The position numbers were made by a program, and so were the translations under genes. Positions 1 to 13,048 of a stretch of 64,000 nt of DNA are shown here, piece after piece. Source of the stretch: Camelus ferus. Its lineage: Eukaryota. The stretch covers positions 79,238,001 through 79,302,000 of the forward strand of contig NC_045697.1 of the NCBI RefSeq assembly GCF_009834535.1, given 5' to 3'. The notes beneath the pieces are model-generated. The model did not search any database. It had not been told where the DNA came from and saw nothing but the letters and a program-made list of their open reading frames with translations. How positions within the stretch are numbered: position 1 is the first letter of the stretch; each line of letters opens with the position of its first letter.

Positions 1-499
1 GCTCTAGAAAGAAGAACAAATTTACAGGCTCCTAAATTGCAGAAAGGCAGTTAAAACCTTGACGTGAATGAGGAAAACATTTGTCGGGACTGACATTCTA
101 ATTAACTGACTCTTTTGAGCTAGGGGCTAGGACATAAACATTGTTGCAGAATTTCCATAAAAATCTGATAGTGATCTTGTAAAGCAATAAGGTAAAAAAT
201 TTGTGAAACGTCTATTAAGATTGGTGAGGATTGACACCAAGAGTTAATTTTACATCCGTTTGAAAGGAAAAGATTATAGGATGAATTAAAAGTAAGCATG
301 TTGTTTCTTGTCGCTTCAACAACGTAGGCAGAGAATGTAATAGTTTACAGAGACAGTAAAAGGCACCTTGTCTTCTTTGAACATTAGGGATATTCTTGAA
401 ATGAAAAGAAGTATTTCCTAGCTTATTACATTGCAGTAAGCAATGCATAGGATTACTCAACCAAGAGAGGTTGCCCAGATTTAGCTGATACCTTCTTTT

Positions 500-735
500 A
501 TAAACATTTGACAACAACAGATATTTTTGAGTACCTCCGATGTTCTGGAATTATTCCAGGTGCTGAATATTCCAGGCTATAGCACAGAACAGAACAGACA
601 CATTCCCTGCCCTGTTGGAGTGTATATCATAGTGGGAAAGACAGACTTTACACAAAACCACACAATTAACTCATTAATTATAGTTGAGAGAAAAAATGGA
701 ACACAGTCTACCACAGGGCCCTAAATAAATTAGTC
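500..735 (-). mobile_element. L2 LINE 3' fragment
   Basis: Degenerate reverse complement of the L2 3' end (caacagatatttttgagtacc...ccaggtgctg...ccctgccctgttggag). Confidence 0.55.
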
Positions 736-989
736 TGGGTTCAGCTCCCAAACTGGAAATTAAGGGAAATTTTATAAAGGACTCAAGAACAACTTGTCTT
801 AAGTTCTTAATACCCACTTAATATTATTTATGTCTTTTAACAATAAATAAAATGGATAAGGTAAAGTTTAGATTTGTGAAAATAACATTGCTGAAGAGAG
901 CTGATATGCAGCAATAAAACGCTTTGCCAGTTTGAAGGGTTGTAAAATGCCCCATGCTTCCCTGACCGCCTCAACTTTAGACTTAACTC

Positions 990-2730
990 CACGTCGGTCA
1001 TCAGACTAGCCCGAGCTGCAACTGAGAATCTGTCCTTACTTGATCCACTCTAAATCCCAGACCCTTGCCAAACCTGAAGTGTGTATGTGTGAATATAACC
1101 CCCTACCTCCTCTTTTCCATTCATCTTCATTGCCGTCTCCCACATCCCCAATTCCCAGCTTGCCCAGGGCTCACCCACTTCTAGCCCCTCTAACCTTCCC
1201 TCTGAGTCTAGACCCCTTGGCTAAAAAAGATGATCTGTATTCTTACTTTAAGCACTTTAGACTTCTGTTTTGTTTCTTTGACCTCCGTTGTATACACTTC
1301 CCAGACCTGGATTGGCTCAACTCTCTAGGTCAGAGCTGAGACAGTCCCCCAGCTGACTCTAATCCATTATGATGGACCATAGCTGGGCTCTCAACGATGC
1401 TCATTGATTCTTTTATTCATCTCTAGTTGATTGTCTTTCCACTTCTCCAGAACACCTGTTTCTATCCAGGTTTTACCTCTTTTCAAGTTAGACTCACTCC
1501 TGCCAGATATCCAATTATTTGACCTAGGTTTTTGGGTTATCCATGGTGAACTCTCAGATTTTCTCTAAATCATTAGCTATTTGTTCCTCTCTCCATTCTG
1601 CTTCAGAAAATAAATGTTCTGCCTTGTATCCAAGCCTACTCCTGTTTTCTTAAACCAACACCTTTTTACCCATTTTGTGATTTTTCTTATTGTTCATAGT
1701 CCCTTTCATTCCTCTCTCTTTTTAAAACCTTTTGCCTTCTGACATCTGCTTAGCCTACACATGTCAACATCTAACGATTCTTATGAAATGTTGATTTCCT
1801 TTGAGAATGCAGTCTTTCTCCTCCCTTTAATAGTAGTGCTTCTCGAAATAGTAGTCTATACCTAGCCCTTTCACTTCCTTGTTTATCACTCACCCATCAG
1901 CTTCTGGTCTGTCCTCTTCTGAAATGTCTGTTCACAAGACCAGTGAGAACTTCCCGATAACCCGATCAAGTTGCTTCTGGGTCGTTACCCTGGGGCTTCC
2001 TGTAGAGCTTGTTGCACAGTATCATGTCTCTACACTTTCCTGGCTCTCAAGTTTCCAGCTGCTTCTTTTGCAGGCCACTGTTACACATGTGGCTCCTAGA
2101 TAGAGGCTTTCTCTAGAAGTCCTTGTCTCCTTCATATCCTGCCTTTGCCCCCTCTAATCTCATGTAGTGGCTTCACTTACTGCCCCTGTGTGGATTATTC
2201 CCAAAACATCTCCTATTCTAATCTCTTTCCTGAGTTTAACTCACATTCCCTACCTCTCTTAGGGAATTGCAAGATTTCATGCATACTTCAGACAAACCTC
2301 ATCTCTCCATGGTGTCCAGGCACCCTGGACTATCTGCTGATTCCAGCTATGGTCTGCAAGACCCTTCTGCACCTTTGCTCTTGCTGTGTCCCCATCCCAA
2401 GCCACCTGTCTGAAATGAAACTCTTCACACCATTTTGCTTGTTCCCCAGACCCTGCCTCTCCCACTTCTTCCACTTGTTGATGCCCCACCCTGCAATGTT
2501 TCGCTCATATTTGGCCTTCTGAGTAAACAGTAACTTAACTAAATCTCCTCTTTCCCATTCTTCACTCATTCTTTGCTTGGAATTCAACTACATCTGACCA
2601 TGCTCAGTCTTATATTTGAGATACACATTTGTATTTGTTGTCTCCACTAAACCCTGAGCCCTAAAACTGCTAGGCCTGTGTCTTTTCATCCTTATATCCC
2701 TCGCAGACCCTGGCAGATAGCAGACACCCT
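990..2730 (+). mobile_element. Degraded L2 LINE
   Basis: Pyrimidine-rich L2-like body that ends in an L2 3' terminus (ttatatccc...cctggcagatagcagacac). Boundaries are approximate. Confidence 0.55.
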
Positions 2731-3030
2731 GGAAATTGAAGTTTGTTTTCATTATTGGAAGAAAAGTGCCACAAATCTTAATTTTTTAAAAAATTGTTAT
2801 TTGTGAAGAGCATGGAATTTGTAATATACAGGCTAAAAATTTGGGAGAATGTAGAAAGTATAGAAACAAATTCATAGCAAATAAAGTTGACATATTTTGC
2901 CTTTGTCTTATTTCAGCTAAGACAGATTTTTAGGGAATTTCACTCTGCAAGAGACTTATTTAGGGGTGATGAAATTCTTGGAAATTAAGATTAAGTTTCA
3001 GGGTCTGGGATTTTATTTTATTCTCCTTAG

Positions 3031-3437
3031 AGTTAATAAGTTAGCCTGCTACTATTCAGTGGATGCTGGCAGAAGACATGAGACTCTTAGATCAAAGACA
3101 AAGGACTTTAGTGCTCAGAGCCCGGCAAGCAGCATGAGCATCATGTTAACATCAGTTCCTCAGTCCTCCTAGTCCCAAAGGAGTGATACTGAGCCGACAG
3201 GGTGGTTGTAAGTGGGCTTGTGTCACAGCCAAGGAACACTGAGCCGGGGGAATCCACTGCTTTTATAGCAGACCTGTTCTTTGGCCCAGAGGGAGACATT
3301 ACCTCATCCGTCAAGATTGCTGCAAATACAATCCTGATAAATAGCCCAGACAAGGAGAGATTGGTCTGGCATTCTTAACATACCCAGCAAGAACTTGCGG
3401 ACATGCCCACAGCCCATGGTGAATTGCCTCTCCCCAC
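3031..3437 (-). mobile_element. ERVL-class solo LTR (LTR41-like)
   Basis: The minus strand starts TGTGGGGAGAGGCAATTCACCATGGG, then ttcttgctgggtatg, gatgaggtaatgtctccctc and gctataaaagcagtggattcccc. This matches the LTR41 consensus as I recall it, and the TATA box is retained. Confidence 0.65.
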
Positions 3438-5202
3438 AGTGTTCTGTGAGAATAAGGATTGTGGTTGTCCTTGCACATCAAAGGGGCTCAATAAATATTT
3501 GTTGAACCAAATTAATTAATTAATGAGAAGAAGGGGAACCACCAAGGAATGAAAAAAAGGCAAATTGAGTCCCCTATTTAGGCTAAAAATCCCCTGAGAA
3601 AAACTTCAGATTTCAGAACTGACTAGGAGGAAAAACTCAGAGGGCTAATGAAAATAAGACTTTGTAGACTCCCTGGATTTATCACAAATAAAATTTCTGA
3701 ACACCTTACCTCATAGGAAGTGAGTCTAGGACTCCTATCCAAAATAACCACGATTAAGTGCAGACAACCTAAGGCTGTGTCTGTAGCTTGCAAAGTCAGT
3801 ATTACAGAAACTATGGTTCTTCACAACCACAGCCTTTTGCTATAAGCTGAATTTCATTGAAAGTTTTGAAGAACTTTAAAACCATACCCATTTGGGAACG
3901 TTTACCAGAGATGACTTTTACTCTCTCAAAATAGTAAATGAAACTGCAAATCAAAATAGAATATACTCGTAAATTTGATCAGAATTAAATTCTTCCTTAG
4001 AAATTTGCAGATGAACAAATGAAATATCTGACCCTCCCAAGATTCTCTTGAAGGAAAAGAGTTAACCTGAAATATCTTGTCCGTGCATAGAAGTTAGGTC
4101 CCTGAGACATACAAGGTGGCAGTCCAGACTTGTGAGGGGATTGTTTTTATGTTGATGATTATAACTCCTGTTTCCCCAAGACCACGTTAGCCCTAGTGAC
4201 TAAATAACTTGGGCCATAGTCACACAAAATTTTGCTGTTCCATATCTCAACTTTTAGCCTCTCCACTCCCCATTTTTTCGGGATGCTTTCCAGTCTTCAC
4301 ATGCTACTGCTGCAGTGTCACTGTCCTCCACCTGCTGCTCTCAAAACTGCGGATTGACTGTGTCCTGGGCTCACAAATGTTTCAGACAACCTTGGATAAT
4401 TTGAACTTCTAAACAGCTGCAAGCTTTTTAGACTTTTCAAGGAAGGCCTTTTTTTTTTTTTTTTTAAGATCTGTAATTCCCCTGCCCTCTCCTCTCTCCT
4501 CCCAAGGAAATTCACCCAGGTTCCCCTGAGGCCGGGTTAGAGGGCTTTTGAGTAACCCGTTCTTCACTCAGAGACTTCCACTCAGATTCAAACTGGTGTC
4601 CTCACCTAGGCTGTATGTCTGGGAACCCTTCCCAGCCTCACGGTGGAGTTCTCAGCCTTCCTAAGGCTCTTTCCTTTTCTTTCCTCAAGTTTATGGAAAC
4701 CATCATCCTTGTATCTTTGAAAAATCTTTGCAGTTGGGATGATCATCCTTTCCCTCACCAGTCGTATCCTTCTTACCAGCATCCCATTTTCACACAGTTT
4801 GCTCTATTCTTCCCTGACTGTGAGACTGTCCCCTGCAACCACCCCCACTCCCCACCAGAGTCATTGTTGCTATACCTGATTGGACCAGGGTGGGCAGCTG
4901 ATGCTAGCGGTAACAAGCCATGTGTTGTGCTAAGGTTTTGTCTTTGAACTGAGGGTGCTGATACTGAGTCAGCTTCTGTTGAGGGCTTGAATCAGGAGGG
5001 CACATTAGGCCAGGGTGACTGGTTCAATAAGGATGGTTTACAGAGAGTAATAAAGCAGAGCGTGTCTATTCTGTTCACCTCTGTGCTCTTGCTACCTAGC
5101 ATGGTGCCTGACACATAGTAAGCAGGCTTTCAGTAAGTCTTGGTGGAGTGTGAGAGAGAGAGAGAGAAAGAGAGAGGATTTATTTTTGCCTCCAATAGCT
5201 TT

Positions 5203-5297
5203 TTTTTTCTCCCCTCAACAGAGACACTGGGAGATGAACCCAGGACCTTGTGCACACCAAGCACGCGCTCGACCACTGAGCTATATTCCCCCTCCCC
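5203..5297 (-). mobile_element. tRNA-derived SINE (camelid Vic-1-like)
   Basis: Minus strand reads ggggagggggaatatagctcagtggtcgagcgcgtgc...ggtcctgggttcatctcccagt, with Pol III A box, B box and an A tail. A degenerate TSD is possible (tccaatagcttt / tccagcaacttt). Confidence 0.8.
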
Positions 5298-6119
5298 TTC
5301 CAGCAACTTTCCATTTCCTGATTCTAATCCTTCATGAAGACTATCTGCATTTTCTGTTTTTATGTCCAGGAGATAACCCTGTGTCCGTCCAGTAATTTCC
5401 CCTTTATGCTAAAGCTGGTTTGGGGGTGTTCTGTTCCTCATGGCTAGATTAGACCTGAGAATCTCCTAATGTAGGGTTCCCAGCCATCAGTCTTTAAAGT
5501 GATCTTGTCCCCAGGGAGCTCCTCATGCAAACCAGAAATCTAGGTGACTTGTCCAGAAATCACTGAATTCCAAAAGTGGGCATGCCTCCACTTTACCTAA
5601 GTTAGCCTCATCTTTTGGGGACAAAACAAACAAAAAAAAAATAGAAACTCAAATTCAACTGAAAATAAAGAAAATATCTCCAAAAGTAAAGTTTGTTGAT
5701 CTTCTAAAGAGGAAACCTCTGAGGAAAAATAAGACAGAAGCTCCAACCTGAGGATCCTTGGGCATTGCTGACTGAACATGGCTTTATTTAAAGTCAAAGG
5801 GGCAGATGAGGTATGATCAGGACACACTTACCAACCTAAGCTCCGGGAAGAAGCAGAGTGGGTCCCAGATTCACCCCGGACTCCTGGAATACTGTTGGAC
5901 TAACTTGGTGATGCATGAGACTTTGCAGTTTCTGGTTGTACTCTTCTCTATGGTACAGCACGTCAAGGGAAAAGGTTATTCTTTCCTGTTCACTAAAGCA
6001 GTAGGGAGATAACCCCTGTCTGTAAGGACACATCTAAACCTCAAAGGTGGGGGAGTAGTTGAAAATCCATAGGCACTTATTGTAAAGCTGGAAAAATAGA
6101 AAGATGAAATACTTGGAGT

Positions 6120-6365
6120 CAGTATGGTGGGCTTTTCAGGAGCATAGGTTTGAAGTGAGACAGATCTCCAAAAACAACTCTCCAACCCACTGACTAGCTC
6201 TATGTCCTTGGCTAAGCTGCTTAACCTCTTACAGACTCAGATTTCTTATGTACAAAATGAGAATAAAAATACTTTGTAGATGTTCTGTATTCAATTAGGT
6301 AATGTCTGTAAGTTCCCAGGCCAGTGGTACCAAGCTAGGCGCTCAGTAAATGGTAGGGATGGTTA
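6120..6365 (+). mobile_element. MIR SINE
   Basis: MIR core (tgtccttggctaagctgcttaacctct...ctcagatttcttatgtacaaaatgagaataa) and MIR/L2 tail (aggcgctcagtaaatggtag). Confidence 0.75.
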
Positions 6366-6438
6366 GGGTTGTTAGTGCTTTGTAATACAAGCATTAATGA
6401 CAAGTGTGTTCTTTTTTGTGTTAACCGGAAGGGAGAGA

Positions 6439-6458
6439 GTGTGTGTGTGTGTGTGTGT
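6439..6458. repeat. (GT)n microsatellite
   Basis: About 10 GT units, read directly. Confidence 0.9.
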
Positions 6459-6704
6459 TTTTAAGTTGAGAAACATGATACTAAAACATGTATTTCATAG
6501 CTCTTCTTCACTGTCACCTTTTTAACGTATATCCCTACGTGATAGAGAAATGTAAGAGTCCAGGAAATATCTGCTAAGCTCTAGTTATGCGTAAACAGCC
6601 GTCAGTTGTGGTATCAATCAGCAGTGCAAACTGCCCTCAAAACAGGCACCTGTGAATCCTCACGTGCAAGCTTCTCAAGGCCCTAAAAGCAGTTATAAAC
6701 TGTA

Positions 6705-6723
6705 TGACCTGTAGATGGCGAAC
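6705..6723 (+). promoter_or_regulatory. Candidate CTCF site
   Basis: TGACCTGTAGATGGCGAAC fits the CCASYAGRKGGCR core with one deviation and lies in unique sequence. Confidence 0.4.
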
Positions 6724-9439
6724 TTGGATAGGGTGACTACTAAGCGATGACGATTTAGAGAAGAAAGCAGTGGTTTTTGTTTTGTGAAGGGAGGACTAAG
6801 TGAAATGGATACACTAATAAAGGCTGCCCAGGACTCCAAGCCAAAAGCATTCTTTGCCGACACACTGGGTTCCTTCTTCCAGGGGGACTGTCAGAGTGTG
6901 AGTCCACCCGCAGTCATATGTGATGCTGAGAGACAAGACTGCATTTGCTTCTGGTAGAAATGTTTTGGTTGAGTATTCATGCTGTTTTGGAGTCACTGAT
7001 AAAGAAAAAGGATGGTCAAGTAGGGATCATAAATAGGTTTCTTGTAAGTCTCTTCAGGGGTACAGAAACGTTCCCTTCTCAGAATACCCATATGTAACAC
7101 TATTCAGTTATCTTAACCTATTGTACATGTCCAAAGTGTCCATATCTTTTGATCTAGATAAATAGCTATACCCTCCCCTGCTTGCTTACTGCCGCTGTTG
7201 AGTATTTGTTCTGTAGCCTCCCCGAGGCAATCCTTTAGGGACCAATTACCATCCTTTACTGACATCATTTCTCTGGCTAAAGGAGGTTTCCCGAGGGGCA
7301 CACTGGGCATTCAGGACTCCTGAGGAAGCGCTGCAGTACTTTGTATAATCTGTGTGCCCGACCTACTCGAGAAACATGGGTTTTTTTCATTAAAAGTCTA
7401 CTTTGTGGTCCTGGTTTTACTATCCTAGGTCACAACTGCATATAATGTATGAGTTTGTGTGAGAATTAGTGTGGTTTTCCAGAACTGCCTGCTCCTGCAA
7501 TGACCTGAGATGTTTTGTTGGTTCTTTCAGTTGTGAAAAAGCTCAGCAACTCACCCGACATGATAGATTGAGACCTTTTGCTGTGTTATAAAGCGGGGTC
7601 ACTCTCCCCAAAGCCCCTCTCAGCTTGTGGGTCAGATGCAGGGACATCTCTGGACTTCTGTAGTGCCCCTGCCCTGTCATTTATCATGAGGCTGTAATTA
7701 TTGTGTACACATTGGCTTCCCCACAGCTATGTACTTCTGGGGTCCAGAAATAGTACCATATTCATAACTTTATCCTTAAACAGTTTGTCTGGCACATAGT
7801 AGGTACTTATGAAAACGTTGAATAAATTAAAGAATAAATATATGTGCTTAGGAAGAACAAGCAGGCAAAAAGAGGAAAATCAATTTAGGGAAAAAAAGAG
7901 GAAGACAGGTCACCCACCAAGAGGAATTTACCTGTTAGACAAATATTATTCCTAAAGAATAGAAAAAGAGAAGAGAATAGTGTATTGGGTGCAGCCCTAT
8001 CCATTTATTTTTACTATACACTAAGTGCTAGTTCACTATTTCCAGTGGAGAACACGTCTCCCAGAGGTTGCAGTGTTTGTGTCCAGCTTGCAGCATCACC
8101 CTTGCCCAATTCCATGTATTTCACATCTTTGTTCATTACAAAAGGGAGAAAGGCCCTAGCTCTTAGGATGAGGCAGTTCTGGTTTTCAGGTAGCTTCTAA
8201 AAGCTTCTAAAAGTTTGCAGTTAATCTAAGCTATGGTTAAATAGAGAAGTTATCAGAAAATTCAGAAATTGTAACATCTTATCTATGAGTGGATTTGGAT
8301 CTAAATGCACCCACTGGTGACAGACAGACCCCCCTAGAGGGTGGGAGTGAGGAACAATCGGAAACAGACTCTGAAAACCAGTCCAAGTAAGAGGAGCCAC
8401 ACGTTACCCAAGTGTTGCCCATGGAGTTGACAGTGGGCATCTCCATGAAATAATAGGGATGGTTGAGGACATAAGGAGTGTGCACGGTAATGGGGAGAAG
8501 GACTGTCACATCTGCGTGGTGAGCACTAAATAAATGCTGGTTGGATGAACAGGTCATTGTGTGGCTGAGCTGCTGCTAAGGGAAGCCATGAACTGATTTG
8601 CTGTAAGTAGGGTATATTTATAAAAAGGAACTGAAATAACATGCGCAACTAAAATGGACATAAACCAAAATAATAAAATAAGGACATAAAACAATGCAGA
8701 AAAGTTAAACTGAAAAGCACTGATTTAGAAGAAAGGAAGAAAGCAAGGTCTGGAAACCTTGTGAGTGAGTCATTGGAGTGGAGCTTATAGGATGCTCTGA
8801 GCTTCTAGACAACCAATTCAGGAGAGGAACATGCTAGACTGTACGGTTTTCATTGTGCAAATGAAGCATGCAAATTCATCGGGAAATGTGGACTCATTTT
8901 TAGAACTTAATTCTAGACAGAATTTATTGCCTAGACACTTAGATAAGAGAAAGAAGAGGACATTTGATAAGTTTTGTAAAAGCTACGTACATGTTATTTG
9001 TAGACTAAACTGTAAAGGTAACCACACTGATACACCATATATAAAATAGTAACTGACAGGGAGAAGGGGAAAAAAGAAGGAAGTTAATGTATGAACATAT
9101 ACCCTACCACGCAAGCAAGAAAATATAAATATTGACCACAGTCTCCAATTTTGTAACTGTTTATGTGGCTAGATTTAGAACTTTCTTAATGCCTTAATTC
9201 GCTCCCAGTAAGGAGGGTGAGGGTAGTGTGAGAAGTTCCACTCCTCCTTCTCTGTGATTCCTAGACTCATGTGATCTGTCCTTGGGTGAAACACATCGTA
9301 AATTGGTAATTGATTTGGAGCATATACATTTTGTCTAGACCAGTACTCTCACTTCATAAGATGTCCTCCAGCTGGCTCTGAGTCTTCAACAGACTACTGA
9401 ACCACTCTGCAAGGCCAGCTGCTCCTGGGTTTTGGTAAA

Positions 9440-10515
9440 GCCAATGGATCCTTTGGGAATCCTATAGCATCCTTGGCCAGAAGCAATGTTGTATGAAATA
9501 CTGTGGGTGACTTAAGCTTTCAGTAAGTCCTCAGAAGGTATTGCTAATAGAAGCATAGCAGGGAAGTAAAATCTAATGCAGAACGTATATTCATTCTGAT
9601 GAGAAAAATTGCTTCCAAGTCCACAATGAAAGGGTTTCAATATACTCAGTCAACAGGAGGCTGGCCACGCCACTCCCATCCTCCACACTTGGAGCTGTGT
9701 GGGTTTCTGCTGCTGGCATTCTAAGCATTCATTTGTGGTGGTAACCAGATCTGTCTTGGTAAGAAAAGGTCTTGTGGGTGAGCCCATGGATAACCTCCAT
9801 CTCTGTCACCATAACCACTTTGTTTTGGAACCTACTGAGAAACAGGGGAAGAAGGGGAAAGAGGACAGCTGACATTTGCAGTACTGATCTTCCTGCCCAT
9901 CTGATTATTGAGTCTCCTCTGTAGTGAGAGCCCTTTGCTGAGCATTCCCATGGGGCACAATATTCTCACACTGTGAAACTATTTTGAGAGGTCCATACAC
10001 ATACCTCTACCCCAAAATCTCCCTGTCATCTAATCTTGTTCTTTCCAGCTTGCTCACCATCAAAACAAACCTTTAGGCTCTTGTATATTTTATAAATCTT
10101 CACTGTGGTTATCTTTCTTTCTAGGCAAAGTATACAATTAGATGTGCTTCTCAAAGTTCTGCTTATTGTGAAAATTTATCTTCCTGCATGTCCTTTATGG
10201 CCAACAGTGAGGAGAACTCTAATGCTACATCAGTTTATTTATGGCAGGTGCCAGTATATTGTGCACAATCATTAGTAAATCAGTCTCATACTGTTTCTTC
10301 CCTGCCCATAGGGAAATTCCCTGTGTGGGTCCTGGAAGAAGTGGCATTGGAGCAAGATTGGGTGCCATGAGAGTTGGAACTATTTGCTCATGAAACTTTC
10401 TTGTGCCTCTAAAACTCAACTGTGTGTGATCTTGTATGTCTCACTTTAACTTGATGATGGAGAGCTGCTCTGCCCATCCAAAATTTAACAACCAGTTCAT
10501 CAGATAGCATCCAGT
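9440..10515 (-). mobile_element. Degraded ERVL/MaLR internal region (pol RNase H and integrase remnant)
   Basis: Frameshifted minus-strand peptide remnants match ERVL pol: WGRGMCMDLS (~9985-10015), GDRDGGYPWAHPQD (9770-9811) and the integrase zinc-finger part ECLECQQQKP (9701-9730). Many stops, so non-coding. Confidence 0.8.
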
Positions 10516-11679
10516 TTGGAAGGACAGCTCAGGTCTCACTATCAGTTCATTTCCCATGTCATATATTCAGTCTCTGTCATGACCCAACAGCAAAAACCTG
10601 GAGATGTTTCTCAAGGAAAATGTTATTTGTCAAAGAGTATGGCTTTGTTCTCAGTTCTAGGGTTGTACTGTTATTCTCTTACTTGGGAATTCCATAGGCT
10701 CAATGACTTGCCACAGAGCATTGTACACATTAGATTTCCTGGATCACAAGAGCTAAGTGGCAAGAGTGGATTATTCTTTAAACTGAACTGGCTGAAGAAC
10801 ATTCTTTTTTTTAAAAAAAAAAAAAAAAAAGAAGATATAACAATTTTATCACTTGTAAATCTCATTTGCAACATATAAACACTCACAGTACATATAACTT
10901 CTCACAAGCATATAACTTCTCACAAGCATATAAACACTGCTGTAATTCAAATTAAACCCTTTCCAGTCCCACACATCAAAGACCACCATGAATTGCTTTT
11001 GAACCAAACTTATCCATTTCTAATCAAAACTTAACCATTTCTAGTTGGAAAGAGTATGTTGTTCTTTAAACTGAACTGGCCAAAGAATTCTTTTGCTTTA
11101 GACCTTTCTTATATATAGAATTCTTCTGGTTTATTCAAAAGGTAGGAAGGAGCAAAATCAATGTAATATTATTTCACCTCTCTAATCTAAAATCCCACCA
11201 AGTGTGTGTGCCTCTTTCTTTGTGGAACTGGATACGAGGTGCAGCAGATTGTCTTTCAGTTTGGAGGGAATACCTCAGTGTATTCCATATCTCTAGACTG
11301 CCAGATCAGTGAATTAATAGATCTCTGAATTCTCATGGAATTTATCTCTTATCTTCAGTTACGCATGTGTCTTACCAAGGCATCTCATGTATTTGCTACT
11401 TTCTGACCAAATTGTGATAACCAATCCCACCTATTGGAACTAGCACAATAAATTTGGAATCTCCAAGGGAGTTTGTTCCTTTCTTCCTCCTTAATCTAGA
11501 ACTTTAGAACATTCCCCTAGTTTCTGCTAATTTGTAGTAGAAAAAACATACAATTATTTTTTATTTCTTTTTGTGTGTGTGAGCCTGCTCCCCTAGGTGT
11601 AGCTTGGTCAGAATCTCCTTCTAATATCTAGATACCACAGATTCAAAAAGTAAGACATTAAAATGTCATAATTTTTTTT

Positions 11680-11755
11680 TTCCTTTTCTTCCTTTCCTTC
11701 CTTCCTCTCTCCTTCCTTCCTGCCTGCCTCCCTCCATTCCCTTCCTTCCTTTTTC
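11680..11755. repeat. (TTCC)n-like pyrimidine low-complexity tract
   Basis: ttccttccttcc repeats, read directly. Confidence 0.8.
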
Positions 11756-12149
11756 TTTTGGAAAACAACATAAATCAGCTTTATTTTATTTATTTTATTT
11801 TTAACAATATGCAGTAAAGTTGACCTTTAGTTTGGTATTTATTTTATAATTTTAACACACATATAGTTCTGTGTAACCAGCACACAGTGAGTATAGATAA
11901 GGAAGAACCCTGGATAATGGAAAGCAGATACACAAATGGGGTGAGTAAAATGAGATTCAGTTAGACATCTTTTAGCATTCAATCAGGGGAGGACAGGCAG
12001 ACAGAAATTACAGTTTGAGGTATGAATTCTAATGGGTAAAACAAAAAGCTTTAACAGCAAGCAAGTTACTTAATTTCCTTGTCTCATTTGCCTCTTTTGT
12101 AAATGGGGATGACCAAAAATTAATGAGTGAAACTTAGCTAAATATAATT

Positions 12150-12830
12150 TTAACATCTTTATTGAGATATAACTTACATACAGTAAAATTTACTCATTTT
12201 AAGTATAGTTAAATTCTCCTTAGTGAATTTATCAAGTTATGCAAATATCATACAATCCAGTTTTAGAACATTTTAATCACCCAAATAAGATCCCTCATGC
12301 TCATTTACGTTTAATCCTTGTTCCCATCCCCAGCCCCCAATAGTCCTCTTTCCATCTCTCTTGATTTGCCTTTTCTTAAAATTTCTCATAAATAGAATCA
12401 CAAAATATGTGGGGGTTTTTTGTGTCTGGCTCCTTTCACTTAGCATATTTTTGAGGTTCATCTGTGTTGTAGCAAGTTCCTTTTTATTGCTGAATAATAT
12501 TCTTCTGTATGGATATACTACATTTTGTTTATCCTTTTATCAGTCAGCTGATGGACATTAGGGTTGTTTCTACTTTTTGACTGTGATGAATAATGCTGCT
12601 CTGAACATTCACAGGCAAGTCTTGGGGTGGACATATGTTTCATTTATCTTGGGTAAATACCTTTTCTTTCTCTTGGTTAAGTGGAATTACAGGTTTTTAT
12701 GGTAAGTTTTTTATGTTTAATTTTTAAAGAACCTGTCAAAGTGTCTTTGTATTTGCATTACAAGGATATATTTCTCTGTATCCTTGACAATTTTTGTAAT
12801 TTTCTGCCTTTTCTGACTACAGTATAATAA
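12150..12830 (-). mobile_element. Old L1 (L1MB-like) 3' end
   Basis: Typical antisense L1M 3' sequence: tttattgagatataacttacatacagtaaaat...ctttcacttagcat...gatggacattagggttgtttc. Confidence 0.8.
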
Positions 12831-13048
12831 TTCTATGAAGAAAGAACAATCACTTCTGTTTATATATGCCAGCTTCATCACTAATAAAATGGTGACAGCT
12901 AAGATATGATTGGAGTCATTCAAAATTTTTGGAATAGAATTTATAAAACTTGAAAAGAAGTGACAACTAGCTCACTGCCATCATATTAATCTTCGTAAAG
13001 CTTAATTTTTTAAAGTCTGTCTTCATCAGAAACTTTTCATGATCCCTC

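Noticed and set aside
5203..5297. tRNA gene call (also considered for 26262-26386)
   Set aside because: A and B boxes are present, but there is no acceptor stem, and A tails and TSDs mark both as SINEs.
7500..7640. Possible cryptic exon after ttggttctttcAG (7530)
   Set aside because: The acceptor is plausible, but there is no good downstream donor and no other support.
8279..9030. Possible retroelement remnants (PITVHTPY peptide; RTE-like 3' sequence)
   Set aside because: Similarity is too weak to assign by eye. A Dfam search is needed.
10872..10938. CRISPR-like or functional repeat array
   Set aside because: Adjacent tandem units without spacers in mammalian DNA. This is a local duplication.
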